Positions 50,140-62,165 of a stretch of 64,000 nucleotides of DNA are shown piece after piece; position 1 is the first letter of the stretch, and each line of letters begins with the position of its first letter. The DNA lies in assembly GCF_033153115.1 (NCBI RefSeq), contig NW_026889758.1:11408001-11472000 (forward strand). Reading direction: 5' to 3'. This DNA is from Saccostrea echinata. Lineage: Eukaryota. The notes below the pieces were generated by a model. That model did not search any database. It had not been told where the DNA came from and saw only the letters and a program-made list of their open reading frames with translations. A program made the translations under genes and the position numbers.

Positions 50140-50852
50140 ATTTTTAGGTCACCTGAGTGACTATTGCAATATGTTTTCGTCCGTCGTCGTGTGCACAACG
50201 TCCGTCGTTCGTAAACTTTTGAACATTTTCAGCTTCTTCTGAACCAATTTAAACATTTTAATCTAGAGTATTATGGGCAAAGGGGGTAAAAAATGTGAAT
50301 GTCATGGCCCCTGCCCCTGGGGCCCGAGGGATGGGACCACAATAATCAAAATTGATGTAATTTTCAAAAATCTTCTTCTCTACTCCAAGATCGCATCAAG
50401 CAGTCAAAGTGTTGGCATGATTATAACAAACAATGAGTCCTTTTCTTTAATTGTGAAATTCATGGCCCCAGGGTCAGGGGTTCTGGAGTTAGAGTAGGGC
50501 TCTATTGATCATATAGTGAAATTGCATAAATTCTTTAAAAAGCTTTTTCTCTCCTCCTGTATATTAAGCAAAGAAACTAAGTACATGGTTATGATGATCA
50601 AAGGCGCCTCTTCCAAAATTGTGAATATCATGGCCCCTGGGTCAGGGCTTCTGGAGTTAGAGTGGGGCTTTATTGATCATATAGTAAAATTGCAAAAATG
50701 GAAAATCTTCTTCTTTGCATCTGGGTATTTAGCAAACATAATAAATACTAAATGCATGGTTATTATAAGCAAGGGTGCCCCTTCCAAAATTATAAAATTC
50801 ATGGCCCCAGGGTTAGGAATTCTGGTGTTATCGCTCTATTGATTATAAAGTG

Positions 50853-50884
<32 letters not shown>

Positions 50885-51480
50885 TTGCTCCTGGATATTT
50901 AGCAAACAAATTAAACTAAGAGCATGATTAAGAAGAGCAAGAGTGCCTCTTCCACATTTGTGAATTTCACCGCCCCTCGATCAGGTGTTCTGGTGTTACG
51001 GTAGGGCTCTACTGATTATATAGTGAAAATGCATTTTCTTTGAAAATCTTCTTTCATGCTCCTGGGTATTTAGCAAACACACTAAGTGCATATTTATGAT
51101 CAGCAAAGGTGCCTCTTCAAAAATTGTGAAATTCATGGCCCCAGGGTCAGGATCTCAGGTGTTAGGGTGGGGCTTTATTGATTATAGTGAAAATACATCC
51201 ATTTCTTTGAAAATCTTCTTTGCTCCTGAGTATTTAGCAGATGACTGTGTGGTTATGATCAGTAAGGATGACATCCAAACTGTGATATTCATGGCCCCTG
51301 GGTCAGGGTTTCTGGTGTTAGGGGAGTCTTGATTATATAGTGAAAATGCATAATTTTTTTGAAAATCTAGGAGACAAACAGAGTACAAATTAAGTTGTTA
51401 TGAGCAAAGGTAATTTTACCAGATTTGTGAAATTCTGGATTACTCAGGGTCAAGTGTTCTTTGGCTGGTCAGGGCTCTGT
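50140..51480 (+). repeat. HINE-associated ~180-bp satellite array, plus orientation
   Basis: 5' tttttaggtcacctgagtgactattgc plus cgtccgtcgtc; monomers aaattgtgaaattcatggccccagggtcagg. Explains the repeated KIVKFMAPGSG ORFs. Confidence 0.85.
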
Positions 51481-53343
51481 TGATCTTGTTAGTTGTAAAG
51501 GACAACTGCACTTAAGGAGACAAGCATTTTTCTTTTAATTGCAGGAATGGTCAACATCTAATCTACAACTTTACTTGATTACATTAAATAAAAGTATGTA
51601 TTTATGAAGTAAGAAGCTGTTTTCAAAGACGGGGGTCATCACAATTTCTTGAATCTCCATACACTAATGACGATGCCCACTTTTTCACTGACTTTATATA
51701 TAGTCAGAACATGTTTGTCTATTGTTCTCCATTTAACAGTATTTATATATTTGCATTAATTATGTTGTATCAAAAGGAGATTAATAGACAAACAACAATA
51801 TACAAACAAAATACATTTTATGACTAACAATCTTAATGTCACTGTTAGCTATTTATGGAGTTTTTATAGAATTTTTTTTCTCTTCCACATGTCTTTTTTA
51901 AGCCATCAGTAGCATGGTTTTACCAAAATCTTTTTCCTCTTTAAATGTTAGAGATTCAATCAGGATTGTTCCCATCTACATTAGTCTAGAAAATGTATTG
52001 CGTATAAAAACTTGCTTGATGTTCATAGCCTGTATGCTTGTTTTATTTCCCTGAAAATGATTTGTAACTATGAAGTATTTAGCAGTAGAACTCATAAAGC
52101 ACAAAATGTTTTTCAGAGTATAGTTTCTACACTTCTGTTGCATCGAACGGTCTAGACTCAAACCAAAATCAAAATACGTATTTGGGGTCAAGTAAGAAAG
52201 ATAGGACCTGACTCAAAATATGCCAACTTATCAATATAAAGATATGTGCAAAGCACAATAGTGAGTGCTTAATTCCAATAGAAACTTGGTCGGTAGCATG
52301 CCTAATTACCATAAGGCTGTTATTTGTGCAGGGGAGCAAATAAGTACTACATAATTAATTATCAATTGTGAAACTAAAAATTATCATAAAATTGCGAAAT
52401 TCAACATATCTTTTGTTTGCACTTTGTTAAGTAGCAACATTTATTTCCAAAATATGTATTTAATTAGTTTACAAAAGCAAGTTAGGTTTAATTTTTTTTG
52501 AGCTGTATAGGTAAGAATCCGATTGTGTTCTAGTAAGGGAAGCAAGTATTATTTATTTTTCTTATAAGAATACATAATTTTGTTGAAAAAAAGCGCATTT
52601 TTTTAAGATACTGAATATAAAAATTTTATAATAAATGAAAAAAAAAATGTTTCCCTTTTTTTGCAGACTGTAACAGCTATTATAATAAATTATACAATTG
52701 TACATGTAATTAATGAAATTCATCAATTTCTTGTGAGTAACATTTCTGGTGAATTTGAATGGTTTAATATTCTCAGTTCTTTGTGAAAATGTATATACAT
52801 GTAGAAGTTTGCCAGATGACTGCAAAGGAAAATAACATGTATATAGTCACATTTTACAGTCAAATATAATCACATCATTATGAATAACAATCGACTTTAT
52901 GTCAAATATTAAAGTTGAGTTTATATATAACAAGTTTTAATTATTGTGTTGGTTCATAGTTGATGATCCATTTCAATGTGACAAATTCTGAGGTGTGGTG
53001 ATGATTTTTATTTCTTAAATCAATGTGTAGTTTCATGGTTGACTTAGTTATTATTTCTGGTGAAGGTGATTCTGTTTATTTCTTTCTCGCTCATGGTTGA
53101 CTTGATCCAATATAGTGTGACAACTTCTGGTTGGTGTGGTGAGGATTTATTCTTTAATTGTTGTGTAGTTTCATAGTTGACTTAAGTATTACCATGTGAC
53201 AACCTCTGATAGAGTTGGTGATGTTATTTCTTAAATCATTGCGTAGGAGTAGGTTCATGGTTGACCTCTTCAATTACAATTTCTTCTATAATTTTTATGT
53301 AGGTTCATGTTGACCTCTTCAATTACAATTTCTTCTTGAATTT

Positions 53344-53459
53344 TTATGTACGTTCATGGTTGACTTCTTCTGGTGGGGGTGGTGATGATTTTTTCTTCAC
53401 TTTAAAGAAATCTGTCATTAATGAGGATTTTCCACTCGTGGTATCCTTTCTTTTCTTGC
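53344..53459 (-). CDS. GEN1: GEN1-like exon 11 (terminal)
   Basis: ttacag | GKKRKDTTSGKSSLMTDFFKVKKKSSPPPPEEVNHERT TAA. Confidence 0.7.
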
Positions 53460-56400
53460 CTGTAATCAACATTGAATTTTTTGGTTCTTGAATAAGTTAG
53501 AAACAAAGAAACATGTAGTATAAAACAAAATCATCAATTCAATTTAATAATGCTATTTTTTTAGAAACAATGGCAAGACCATTTGTTAAAATCAGAAACC
53601 AGCAAACAATTATGTATCTTATGTACTTTCTACCAAGTCTTATTGAAATTGGATCAAAACTGTAGGAAGAGTATTGTTTTGAAAGAATGTAAGGCCATTC
53701 CAAGTTTTTTCTCTGTTTAGCATCCACCCATCTTTCAAAAACCTACCTATGTATTCGCAAAAAACACACAAACCAAAAAATAAAACACAGACTTTATAGT
53801 CATAAAAATGATGTCATTCAAAGGATTTGATTTCATTAATTATAGTAGAAAAGAAACCATTCTTCAGCAAAATCAAGGTATTCAATGCTTACTATATTCC
53901 TAATAGACAATACTTTGAGAAATTGACAGAATTCAGTGATTTTGACCAGAAAAACAAGGCGCATGCGGACGCTAAACATAGAAAAAACTTGGAATGGCCT
54001 AATCATGGCAACATATTTTGTCAAAATCAAAAATCGATAAACAGAACAATGTATCTTAGTATTGTGTACTTGTGTACCAAGTAATATTGAAACTGTAGGA
54101 GGAGTAGCTTTTGAAAAATTATATACAAACAGACAGGCATATGGACAGATTACCGACATCTTACTATCGTATAATCTTTTCTGGTCTCTGACCAGTAGAG
54201 CTAAAAAGATGGAATACCTCTTCTAATCTGTTTTTCTTTCTCTTTACTTTTGCTTTCTTCTTCTATTTCTGCCTGATACTTCAATACTTCACTTTTGTAC
54301 AACTTCTTAAAGGGTTCTTGATCAACAATAAATATATAACAATCATCTGATGACTTGCTGTCAACATCTGAAGGAAAAATGTAGATTTTCGTTTAAAATG
54401 TAACAGTTTATATTTTATTCAAATTTCATTATTTTGCAGCTGTAAAGAAATTTGCTCAATTTAAATGTTCAATATATGGTAGAGTACTGCTGCATTAGTG
54501 AGAGAGAGAGAAACCTATGTAGGTTCTCCAACACATTATGGTAAATTTGTTTTCACTCACCAAGTTTGGTCCACTGGACTTTAAAACACTTCACAAAATT
54601 CTGTTGGCATTCCTTTAATACTCTGAAAATACATGCATTTAATAATTACAAAACACTTTAAATCTGTACTTTTTAAAATTTCTATCTCTTCTTTTAACAA
54701 CTAAAAATAAAATCTTACCTCAGAGGCCGAATCATTGATTCTGCATCCATGAAGCTGGATAAACCTATCATTTTCAGCTGCACAAGAAGTTCTGCTATAT
54801 TTTCATAAGCCACCCAAGGAACTTGAATTTTCAATTTGGTAATATTTATTCTTTTCCATTCAAAGCTAGTCTCTCTCAAATCATCATTGGCATGAAGAAA
54901 CTCATTAACCACCTGTGTAAAAAAAAATCATCTCAACAACAGAGCTTTATCTGAGGTAAATGGAATGGTTAGTGCTGATTCATAGTAATTATTTCCAGGG
55001 TGTAGACTGATTAAAACTTTCAAAATATAACAACAACAACACCCCCCCCCCCTCCCCTTCTCAATGATAGAAGTGTAAACTTTATATCAAAACAATGATT
55101 GTTTTAAAGACTTTAGCAACAAATAAATTGGATTAACTTAACATTTATTTAAAAAAAAAAAGAAAAGAATATTAAGTTGTACCTTTATGTTTGGAAAAGA
55201 TTGATTCTTCCTGCTTTTTTTATAATATCTCAGTTCCAGTCTATATTTTTCTTTCTCATGAAATACACCTCCACAGGAACATTTGACTTTTGAACTTTGA
55301 TCACATGGTATGTTTGAACTACAATCAATGCATCCCTCTTTCTCATGTTGGATCTTTGTCCCTTCAACAGAAATATACTTTTTGAATTTTTAAAATAAAT
55401 TATCTATAATGTGAATCTTTAAATTTGTATTTTAATAAAATCCTTCAGTTGTTAGAAAACGTTGCACAGTAGTTTGCATAAAAAACAAATTGCTTCTATT
55501 TGAAATGAAAGCTACTTAAACAATAAAATGCTTTCTTTGTGTGCTAATGCAGGGATAATGCAGGTTATGTAATTTTTTTCTGCAATGATTGCAACCTTTA
55601 TCCATGCATTTCCAAGTACAAAAAAAAGAAAGAAAAACATTCTATTGTTTATATATATAACATCCGTACTTAGGCCCAGGTCATTTTAAAAAAATTGGTC
55701 ATAAGACCACTTGGCCATTTAGTGAAAAATATTCCATGTGTAGTGCATATTATTATACAGATTATCTTTAGGACTTGTTTTTAATTGAGTCATGTGTAGG
55801 ACTTGTCTTTAATTGAGTCATAAGTAAGACTTATCTTTAATTGAGTTATGTGTAAGAATTGTCTTTAATTTAGTATTGTGTAGGACTTGTCTTTAATTGA
55901 GTCGTGTGTAAGACTTATCTTTAATTGAGTCAGAAGTAGGACTTATCTTTAATTGAGTCATATGTAGGATTTGACTTTAATTTAGTCGTGTGTAGGACTT
56001 GTTTTTAATTGAGTCATATGTAGGACTTGTCTTTAATTGAGTCTTGTGCAGGAATTGTCTGTACTTGATTAGTGTGTTTGACTTGTCTTTAACTGAGTCA
56101 TGTGTAGGACTTGTCTTTAAGGTATGTCACTCGTGAAATTTGTTATATCAAGGATTTTTTGAGAAGTATATTTTGGATAAGTACTCATATAGTATGACTC
56201 AAAATCGCAGAGAAAACAGGGGGTCAGTGTGCATCTGACTGAGCTACGGTACAATTAAGTTGACCTTTTTGCACTTAAATTTTAACTCTTTGGTTAATCA
56301 CTTTAACCCTTATCATATTTTATCAGATGTAACCATGGCAATAAATATAATCTTATTTTGCGTAAAATAGTTTGAATAATATTTATCATTGAACAAATCT

Positions 56401-59400
56401 TGCAAATTAATGCACGTAAATTATTGTGTGACCTTTTTGCACTAAAAAAGTAACATATTTGGGGTATTAAAAATCTAAATGGGCAATAAAATATTTTCTT
56501 GTATCAAACTTTTTACGACTTGAGTGCTGATCAGTCACAAGTATCGAGTAGTTTTAAATAATGAAAGAAAAAGCTGGGGTCAGTGATGTAAATTTTGAAA
56601 TATTGGTCAAAATATGCGATTTTCAGGTCAAAAACTGTGTAAATTTTATCTTGACTTCTTTAATATATCTTCATTTCTCGGCAAAGTTTGTTGAGGGAAG
56701 GTGTAAAATTTGCTATAAAAATATAAATTAAGACCTATATTTAATATTCCTAGCATATCATAACGGAAAATATTCTCTGAGTAAAAGTATGTGAGGCTAA
56801 AAATCCAAGATATTAAATTTAATAAATGTGCTGGTTTGCAGAATTTTCTGCTAAATATCCTTCCACCACAAGAAATAGTCCCTCATAAATTTTGCTTCTT
56901 CATGAATTTTTTAGCAGTTTTTTTATTGAATGTTGAACAATTTACATTGTTTCATTTAAATATGTTATGAAAATGGAATTTTAATAAATAGTTTTGAAGT
57001 AAGAGGTTCTGCCTGAACTTTTCTAAAAAGCTGACGAGTGACATACCTTAACTGAGTCATGTGTAGGACTTGTCTTTAATTGAGTCATGTGTAGGACTTG
57101 TCTTTAACTGAGTCATGTGTAGGACTTGTCTTTAATTGAGTCATGTGTAGGACTTATCTTTAACTGAGTCATATGTAGGACTTGTCTTTAATTGAGTCAT
57201 GTTCAGGACTTATCTTTAACTGAGTCATGTGTAGGACTTGTCTTTAATTGAGTCATGTGTAGGACTTGTCTTTAACTGAGTCATGTGTAGGACTTGTCTT
57301 TAACTGAGTCATGTGTAGGACTTGTCTTTAATTGAGTCATGTGTAGGACTTATCTTTAACTGAGTCATGTGTAGGACTTGTCTTTAACTGAGTCATATGT
57401 AGGACTTGTCTTTAACTGAGTCATGTGTAGGACTTGTTTTTCATTGAGTCATGTGTAGGACTTATATTTAATTGAGTATTGTGTTCTTTAAAGCAGAGCA
57501 AGTCAAAAACTTTTTAACAGAATCTTTTTGTACGATGTAAGTCACATGCAGAACCATAATGCCAAAATTCATCCAGAATCATTAAGAATTGTCACAGACA
57601 TCCTAATCTATACAACATGTATATATATTTGCAAATTTGGTAAATGTAGAATTTCAGATAAGTCAGAAATTAGTTTAAATAATTCACAGAAGCCAAACAA
57701 AGGAGAACATTCTCATATATCATCAGTGCAAGGTTTGTCAGAGTTAAATCAGAATGATTATTGCAGAAAAAAGTTTACTTATCAACAAAAAATCATAACT
57801 TTTAGCTATCCATTAAACACTGTGGTGACATATTACCTTTGTGCTGACATTGTTTACAGTGAGCCTCTCTTTTTTCTGTTGATGTTGACAACCTCTCCAG
57901 TTCATTATTTGTTCTCCAACCTGTTACCCTGAAGGAGGAATGTTTAAATCTTTGACTTATATGCAGTCATTTTCTCCACATCACACATTAAGAAGGAATC
58001 TCTTCTTGACATTTTCATATTAAATCAAAATACAGCCATCACATTTTTCTTCACACAACATTGAATCAGTGTCTTGCATTTACCTTGTTAATGGATCTAG
58101 CTGATTGCGGTTGATTTCTCTAAACAATTCCTGAGCTTTCTCTGTTCCAATATCTCGCACTCCTTTGTCATAATCACAGCCAACCAGCATTGCCATAGCA
58201 ACCAACGTCTCCCTTGTCAGCTCAAGTTTATTTTCAATATCTCTCATGTCATAGATATCAACTACATATTCATGCTATAAAAAGAGACAATAATTGAAAT
58301 AGAAAGTTTTACAAGTTGTACATGTATATCTGCACTTTCTGATAGAAATGTTTTTGGACCAATAGTTTTTTTTTCTTTTTTTTGATTAATTCTGAGAACA
58401 ATTACTCAAAAACAGTGAACGTAAGTTTGTGAGTTCATGTTGTTCTTTACCACAAAGAATGCTCTAAATCTTGCCTTGTTTAATACATCTAAATTTTTGT
58501 ATATAACTTGGCCTCCATAAAGAAATGCATCTGCATCTTCAGTGAGGACACCATCAACTTTCTGAAATATTAAATTTACTCATGATCTCTTTGATACACT
58601 GCATTGAATACTTATAGATCTATAAGCTAGATTTTGAGACCCATAAGTTATAAATCATATATATGCATCACCTTGACGTTACATTTACATATAAATATTT
58701 CTATTATGACATCTCTTCAATTATTAGTTCATTTGAATGAACTAATAATTGAAGAGATATCAATTCACTAATTCAGCCTTTTTTTTTCTTTCTTTTTTTT
58801 TTTTTAGAAAATCATTATTATAACTGAAATGAAACAAAAGAGCAAGTGTACATTTAAACCTGCAACTAAATCTAAGGAAACACAAGTTGTTAAAGATTGT
58901 TTTTGAAAACTATTTGTTAAATTTATTGTATATCATGATGAATTATGAGAATGAGATAGGTAAAAGTTTGAACTATTACTAAAATCATAAGTACGAGGGG
59001 TGATAAAAAAAATAGTGAACTACCTCTATATTTACAAAACAACAATTCAGATGAGAATGAAATTTAGTACACACATAGTCATAAACATGTTCTATAAATA
59101 GCAGATGTTAAGTGATGGTTTGTTCCATGTTTATGACGTCACAATGTGGTATTGACATCAACATGTAGATGACTTGTGACAAAAAATGGTTGACTCAGTC
59201 ACACTCGAGCAAGGAACGGCTGTAAAGTTCAATGTATATCTTGGAAATTCTTTTGCAGAAGCAATTAATAATTTGAACAAGGCTTATGAAGGCAAAAGAC
59301 TTGTCAAAAGTTCAATCATTATTGGATTGATTTTTTTAGTGAAGGAAGGGAGATGGTTAAAAATGATGTTTGTTCTGGTGCCCAGTGAAAGTAAGCTGGG

Positions 59401-61508
59401 AAGGAGATGTGTCCTTAGTTGAGCAATTTGCCAAGTTACAGTTACCGGTAGATAAATAGTTGAATATCTTAACAATCAAATAATTATTAAATCCTAAAAT
59501 ATCGTTTATTTTAGACTTTAAACATATCAGATATGACATAGAGAAGGCACCCATACTAAATCCACATTGGATAAATGACCCACACAAGACAGAGGAGTCA
59601 AGCTGTGATGGTCACCATGCTCATTCTGGGAAAGAATATCCTTATCCACCCATCCTATTGCCTAGATTTGGCCTTTTGTTACAAATAGACTATTCTTATT
59701 ATAAAAAATAACCTGCAAGGTAAGAAATATAAGACTGGGAAAAATCTTTAAGCTTCTGTAAACAGAACACTACGGTGGAGCATGAAACGTGACTGTCTAA
59801 AGTACGTGATTCGCGCATGGGTAGAACTTTGTGCAGATGTGCATTTTAACCAGAGGGGACTACTTTAAAAATAATAAACGTTAAAACCTAATTTTATTTC
59901 TTTTATGGAAGAAATTCAATTAGTTCACAAACTTTTTGATCACCCCTTGTAATGAAGAAATTACAAAATGAACAATTTTGTCAAGCTTACTCCATTGTTG
60001 TTTAACCAGGCACAGTATGCCTCAGCTTCCCCAGGTGCCTGAATGCAAGGCATCCCAAGGCATTCTAACACACCAAAACACTGTAAATATAATGTACATA
60101 TAACACTGAGATTTAGATAAAGGTGAATTTATAGATTTTTTTTTCAATCCTCTCTTGCATACTTTAAAATATTCTAAACATAAGAGCATTCAGAGACCAT
60201 TACCTCAACCAAGATTCGACCCTCCCCGCTTCCCACACACACATAAACATGACTTCCTAGCAGAAGGTATGTGTTTAATGCACAAGACAGAATTAGAGTT
60301 ATGATCTTACAGTTACTGATATTTGGGGATTATTAACATTTAATTCCCCTTTTTCCTAAATAAGACTTAATATTCTTATACCTTTTCAGCAATTGAATTA
60401 AAACCCTGTCTGTGTATCTTGCTGGATCCAAGTCCATCTTTATTGCGAGCTAATATTGTCTCTCTCTTACATTCGGGAGCTACCCCATCAGCAATAAAGA
60501 CCAACTTAACTCAAGCCTTCATCAGCCGAGTTGTTCTCTGGTATAACGTCCTAAAAATAGAGGTAAAAACAGTCTTTGATTTGATGTGACATACCTGAGA
60601 TAGGTGACAGAGATCTTTGATTAGATCTGACATATCTGAGATAGAGTAGATATCTTTGATTAGATCTGATTACAGGTGACAGAGATCTTTGATTAGGTCT
60701 GACATACCTGAGATAGGTGACAGATATCTTTGATTAGGTCTGACATACCTGAGATAGGTGACAGAGATCTTTGATTAGGTCTGACATACCTGAGATAGGT
60801 GACAGAGATCTTTGATTAGGTCTGACATACCTGAGATAGGTGACAGAGATCTTTGATTAGGTCTGACATACCTGAGATAGGTGACAGATATCTTTGATTA
60901 GATCTGACATATCTGAGATAGGTGACAGAGATCTTTGATTAGATCTGACATACCTGAGATAGAGTAGATATCTTTGATTAGATCTGATTACAGGTGACGG
61001 ATATCTTTGATTAGATCTGACATATCTGAGATAGGTGACAGAGATCTTTGGTTAGATTTGACATACCTGAGATAGAGTAGATATCTTTGATTAGATCTGA
61101 TTACAGGTGACAGATATCTTTGATTAGATCTGACATATCTGAGATAGAGTAGATATCTTTGATTAGATCTGATAACAGGTGACAGATATCTTTGATTAGA
61201 TCTGACATATCTGAGATAGGTGACAGAGATCTTTGATTAGATCTGATTACAGGTGACAGATATCTTTGATTAGATCTGACATATCTGAGATAGAGTAGAT
61301 ATCTTTGATTAGATCTGATTACAGGTGACAGATATCTTTGATTAGATCTGACATACCTGAGATACAGGTGTGGAACAGTCTGATTACTTCTAAATTCCAC
61401 AATCCATCCACTGAGGTCTACTGCCAGGGTTTTTCCTGCCAAAGATTTCACAGGGACAGACTTCTGTGCCACAGGGCACAAGACCTTCCATAGATCCTTC
61501 ACACCCAT
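53344..61508 (-). CDS. GEN1: GEN1-like XPG/Rad2-family nuclease (Holliday-junction resolvase/flap endonuclease), 11 exons, 493 codons, in-frame TGA at codon 64 (null allele, young pseudogene or sequence error)
   Basis: Exons 61508-61357, 60550-60382, 60080-59991, 58561-58475, 58274-58084, 57928-57837, 55361-55183, 54912-54719, 54622-54561, 54367-54218, 53459-53344 (1482 nt, phases consistent). Motifs: MGVKDLW, AVDLS, FIADG, GEAEA, TEDADAFLYG, GCDY, GEN1-type HCxxCxH...GCxxC...CSC and chromo-like CFKVQW. Confidence 0.9.
54218..54367 (-). CDS. GEN1: GEN1-like exon 10
   Basis: DVDSKSSDDCYIFIVDQEPFKKLYKSEVLKYQAEIEEESKSKEKEKQIRR | gtattc. Confidence 0.8.
54561..54622 (-). CDS. GEN1: GEN1-like exon 9 (chromo-like)
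   Basis: VLKECQQNFVKCFKVQWTKL | gtgagt. Confidence 0.82.
54719..54912 (-). CDS. GEN1: GEN1-like exon 8
   Basis: VVNEFLHANDDLRETSFEWKRINITKLK...IRPL(R) | gtaaga. Confidence 0.85.
55183..55361 (-). CDS. GEN1: GEN1-like exon 7
   Basis: TKIQHEKEGCIDCSSNIPCDQSSKVKCSC...SFPNIK | gtacaa. Confidence 0.85.
55765..57480. repeat. Minisatellite, 28-bp unit (gagtcatgtgtaggacttgtctttaatt), split by a transposon
   Basis: Arrays at 55765-56120 and 57048-57480, in GEN1 intron 6. Confidence 0.95.
56121..57047. mobile_element. Non-autonomous Kolobok-type DNA transposon
   Basis: TTAA | ggtatgtcactcgt ... acgagtgacatacc | TTAA. 14-bp perfect TIR with purine-purine start. Confidence 0.85.
57837..57928 (-). CDS. 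GEN1: GEN1-like exon 6
   Basis: VTGWRTNNELERLSTSTEKREAHCKQCQHK(G) | gtaata. Confidence 0.88.
58084..58274 (-). CDS. GEN1: GEN1-like exon 5
   Basis: HEYVVDIYDMRDIENKLELTRETLVAMAMLVGCDYDKGVRDIGTEKAQELF... | gtaaat. Confidence 0.92.
58475..58561 (-). CDS. GEN1: GEN1-like exon 4 (GC donor)
   Basis: KVDGVLTEDADAFLYGGQVIYKNLDVLNK | gcaaga. An in-frame GT alternative lies at 58450. Confidence 0.85.
58708..58761. repeat. 54-bp near-perfect hairpin
   Basis: gacatctcttcaattattagttcatt-tg-aatgaactaataattgaagagatatc. Confidence 0.8.
58994..59949 (+). mobile_element. Decayed mariner transposon in GEN1 intron 3
   Basis: TA|cgaggggtgat...atcaccccttg|TA. Relics of the N-terminal HTH (EQGTAVKFNVYLGNS...KAYEG) and of the YSPDLAP motif (HPSYCLDLAF). 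Confidence 0.85.
59991..60080 (-). CDS. GEN1: GEN1-like exon 3
   Basis: CFGVLECLGMPCIQAPGEAEAYCAWLNNNG | gtaagc. Confidence 0.92.
60382..60550 (-). CDS. GEN1: GEN1-like exon 2 (contains TGA at 60513-60511)
   Basis: TLYQRTTRLMKA*VKLVFIADGVAPECKRETILARN...AEK | gtataa. Confidence 0.85.
60570..61365. repeat. Compound minisatellite (41/39/33-bp units) filling GEN1 intron 1 and containing copies of the exon-1 splice donor
   Basis: The minus-strand unit agacctaatcaaagatctctgtcacctatCTCAG-GTATGTc matches the real junction TATCTCAG|GTATGTCAG. Confidence 0.93.
61357..61508 (-). CDS. GEN1: GEN1-like coding exon 1
   Basis: MGVKDLWKVLCPVAQKSVPVKSLAGKTLAVDLSGWIVEFRSNQTVPHLYL(R) | gtatgt. Confidence 0.9.
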
Positions 61509-61934
61509 CTCAATCCAGCAGCTGAAAGTCATACCATATTTACAGCAATTTTATATAAGTCTGCATCTCTTTACCATACAAAGACAAATTAAGCAATTCA
61601 TATATAGCCTTGATGTATATTAAAAGAAAACTGCAATTTCAGTAGAAAAGATATAGCAACATTAGTCAATTTTGTCTGCTTTATTTGACAAAGTGTATTA
61701 TTAGCAGTTTACAAGTCTATTTTAATAAGCTTGTTTAGAAATACATGAAAAATGCTTAAAGGTTTATGTGACATAAGATTATTTTTTTGCAATACTTAAT
61801 AGTGTATTCCACACTATACATCAATTTATTGATACTCCATCGAATGAACAGTCTCTAATGATAAAGAGTACACATAGTACGTATTGATCTGATAACACTA
61901 TACAATTATGATACATTTATCAATTATTCTGATA

Positions 61935-62165
61935 CAATTATGGACTTCAGTGTAGGTTGATATGTGGTTATAAGGACCAATTTGAAATATCAACAGGATC
62001 AATGGTGAGAAGTGATCTTGATCAAAGATACTGAAAGTGATAGCGACAGGAGCGTGGGTGACCACTATCATTTTCTGTGTCTGAGGTTAATATCACTTGA
62101 CATGGATTCCCTTATGACCACATATTGACCATTCACTGTCATCCATAATAGTTATATCATATAAT
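61935..62165. repeat. Degenerate palindrome (Crypton-type hairpin)
   Basis: ggttgatatgtggttataagg ... ccttatgaccacatattgacc arms, followed by atatcatataat. Confidence 0.55.

Noticed and set aside
50273-51388. ORFs with repeated KIVKFMAPGSG as a repeat protein
   Set aside because: They are translations of satellite monomers inside a HINE, broken by stops and frameshifts.
60511-60513. Selenocysteine codon in GEN1
   Set aside because: The column is Gly/Asp-like rather than Cys in recalled homologues, and I saw no SECIS.
61101-61356. C-terminal part of the 143-aa ORF as real GEN1 protein
   Set aside because: It is read-through past the GT donor into the intronic minisatellite. Homology resumes at exon 60550.
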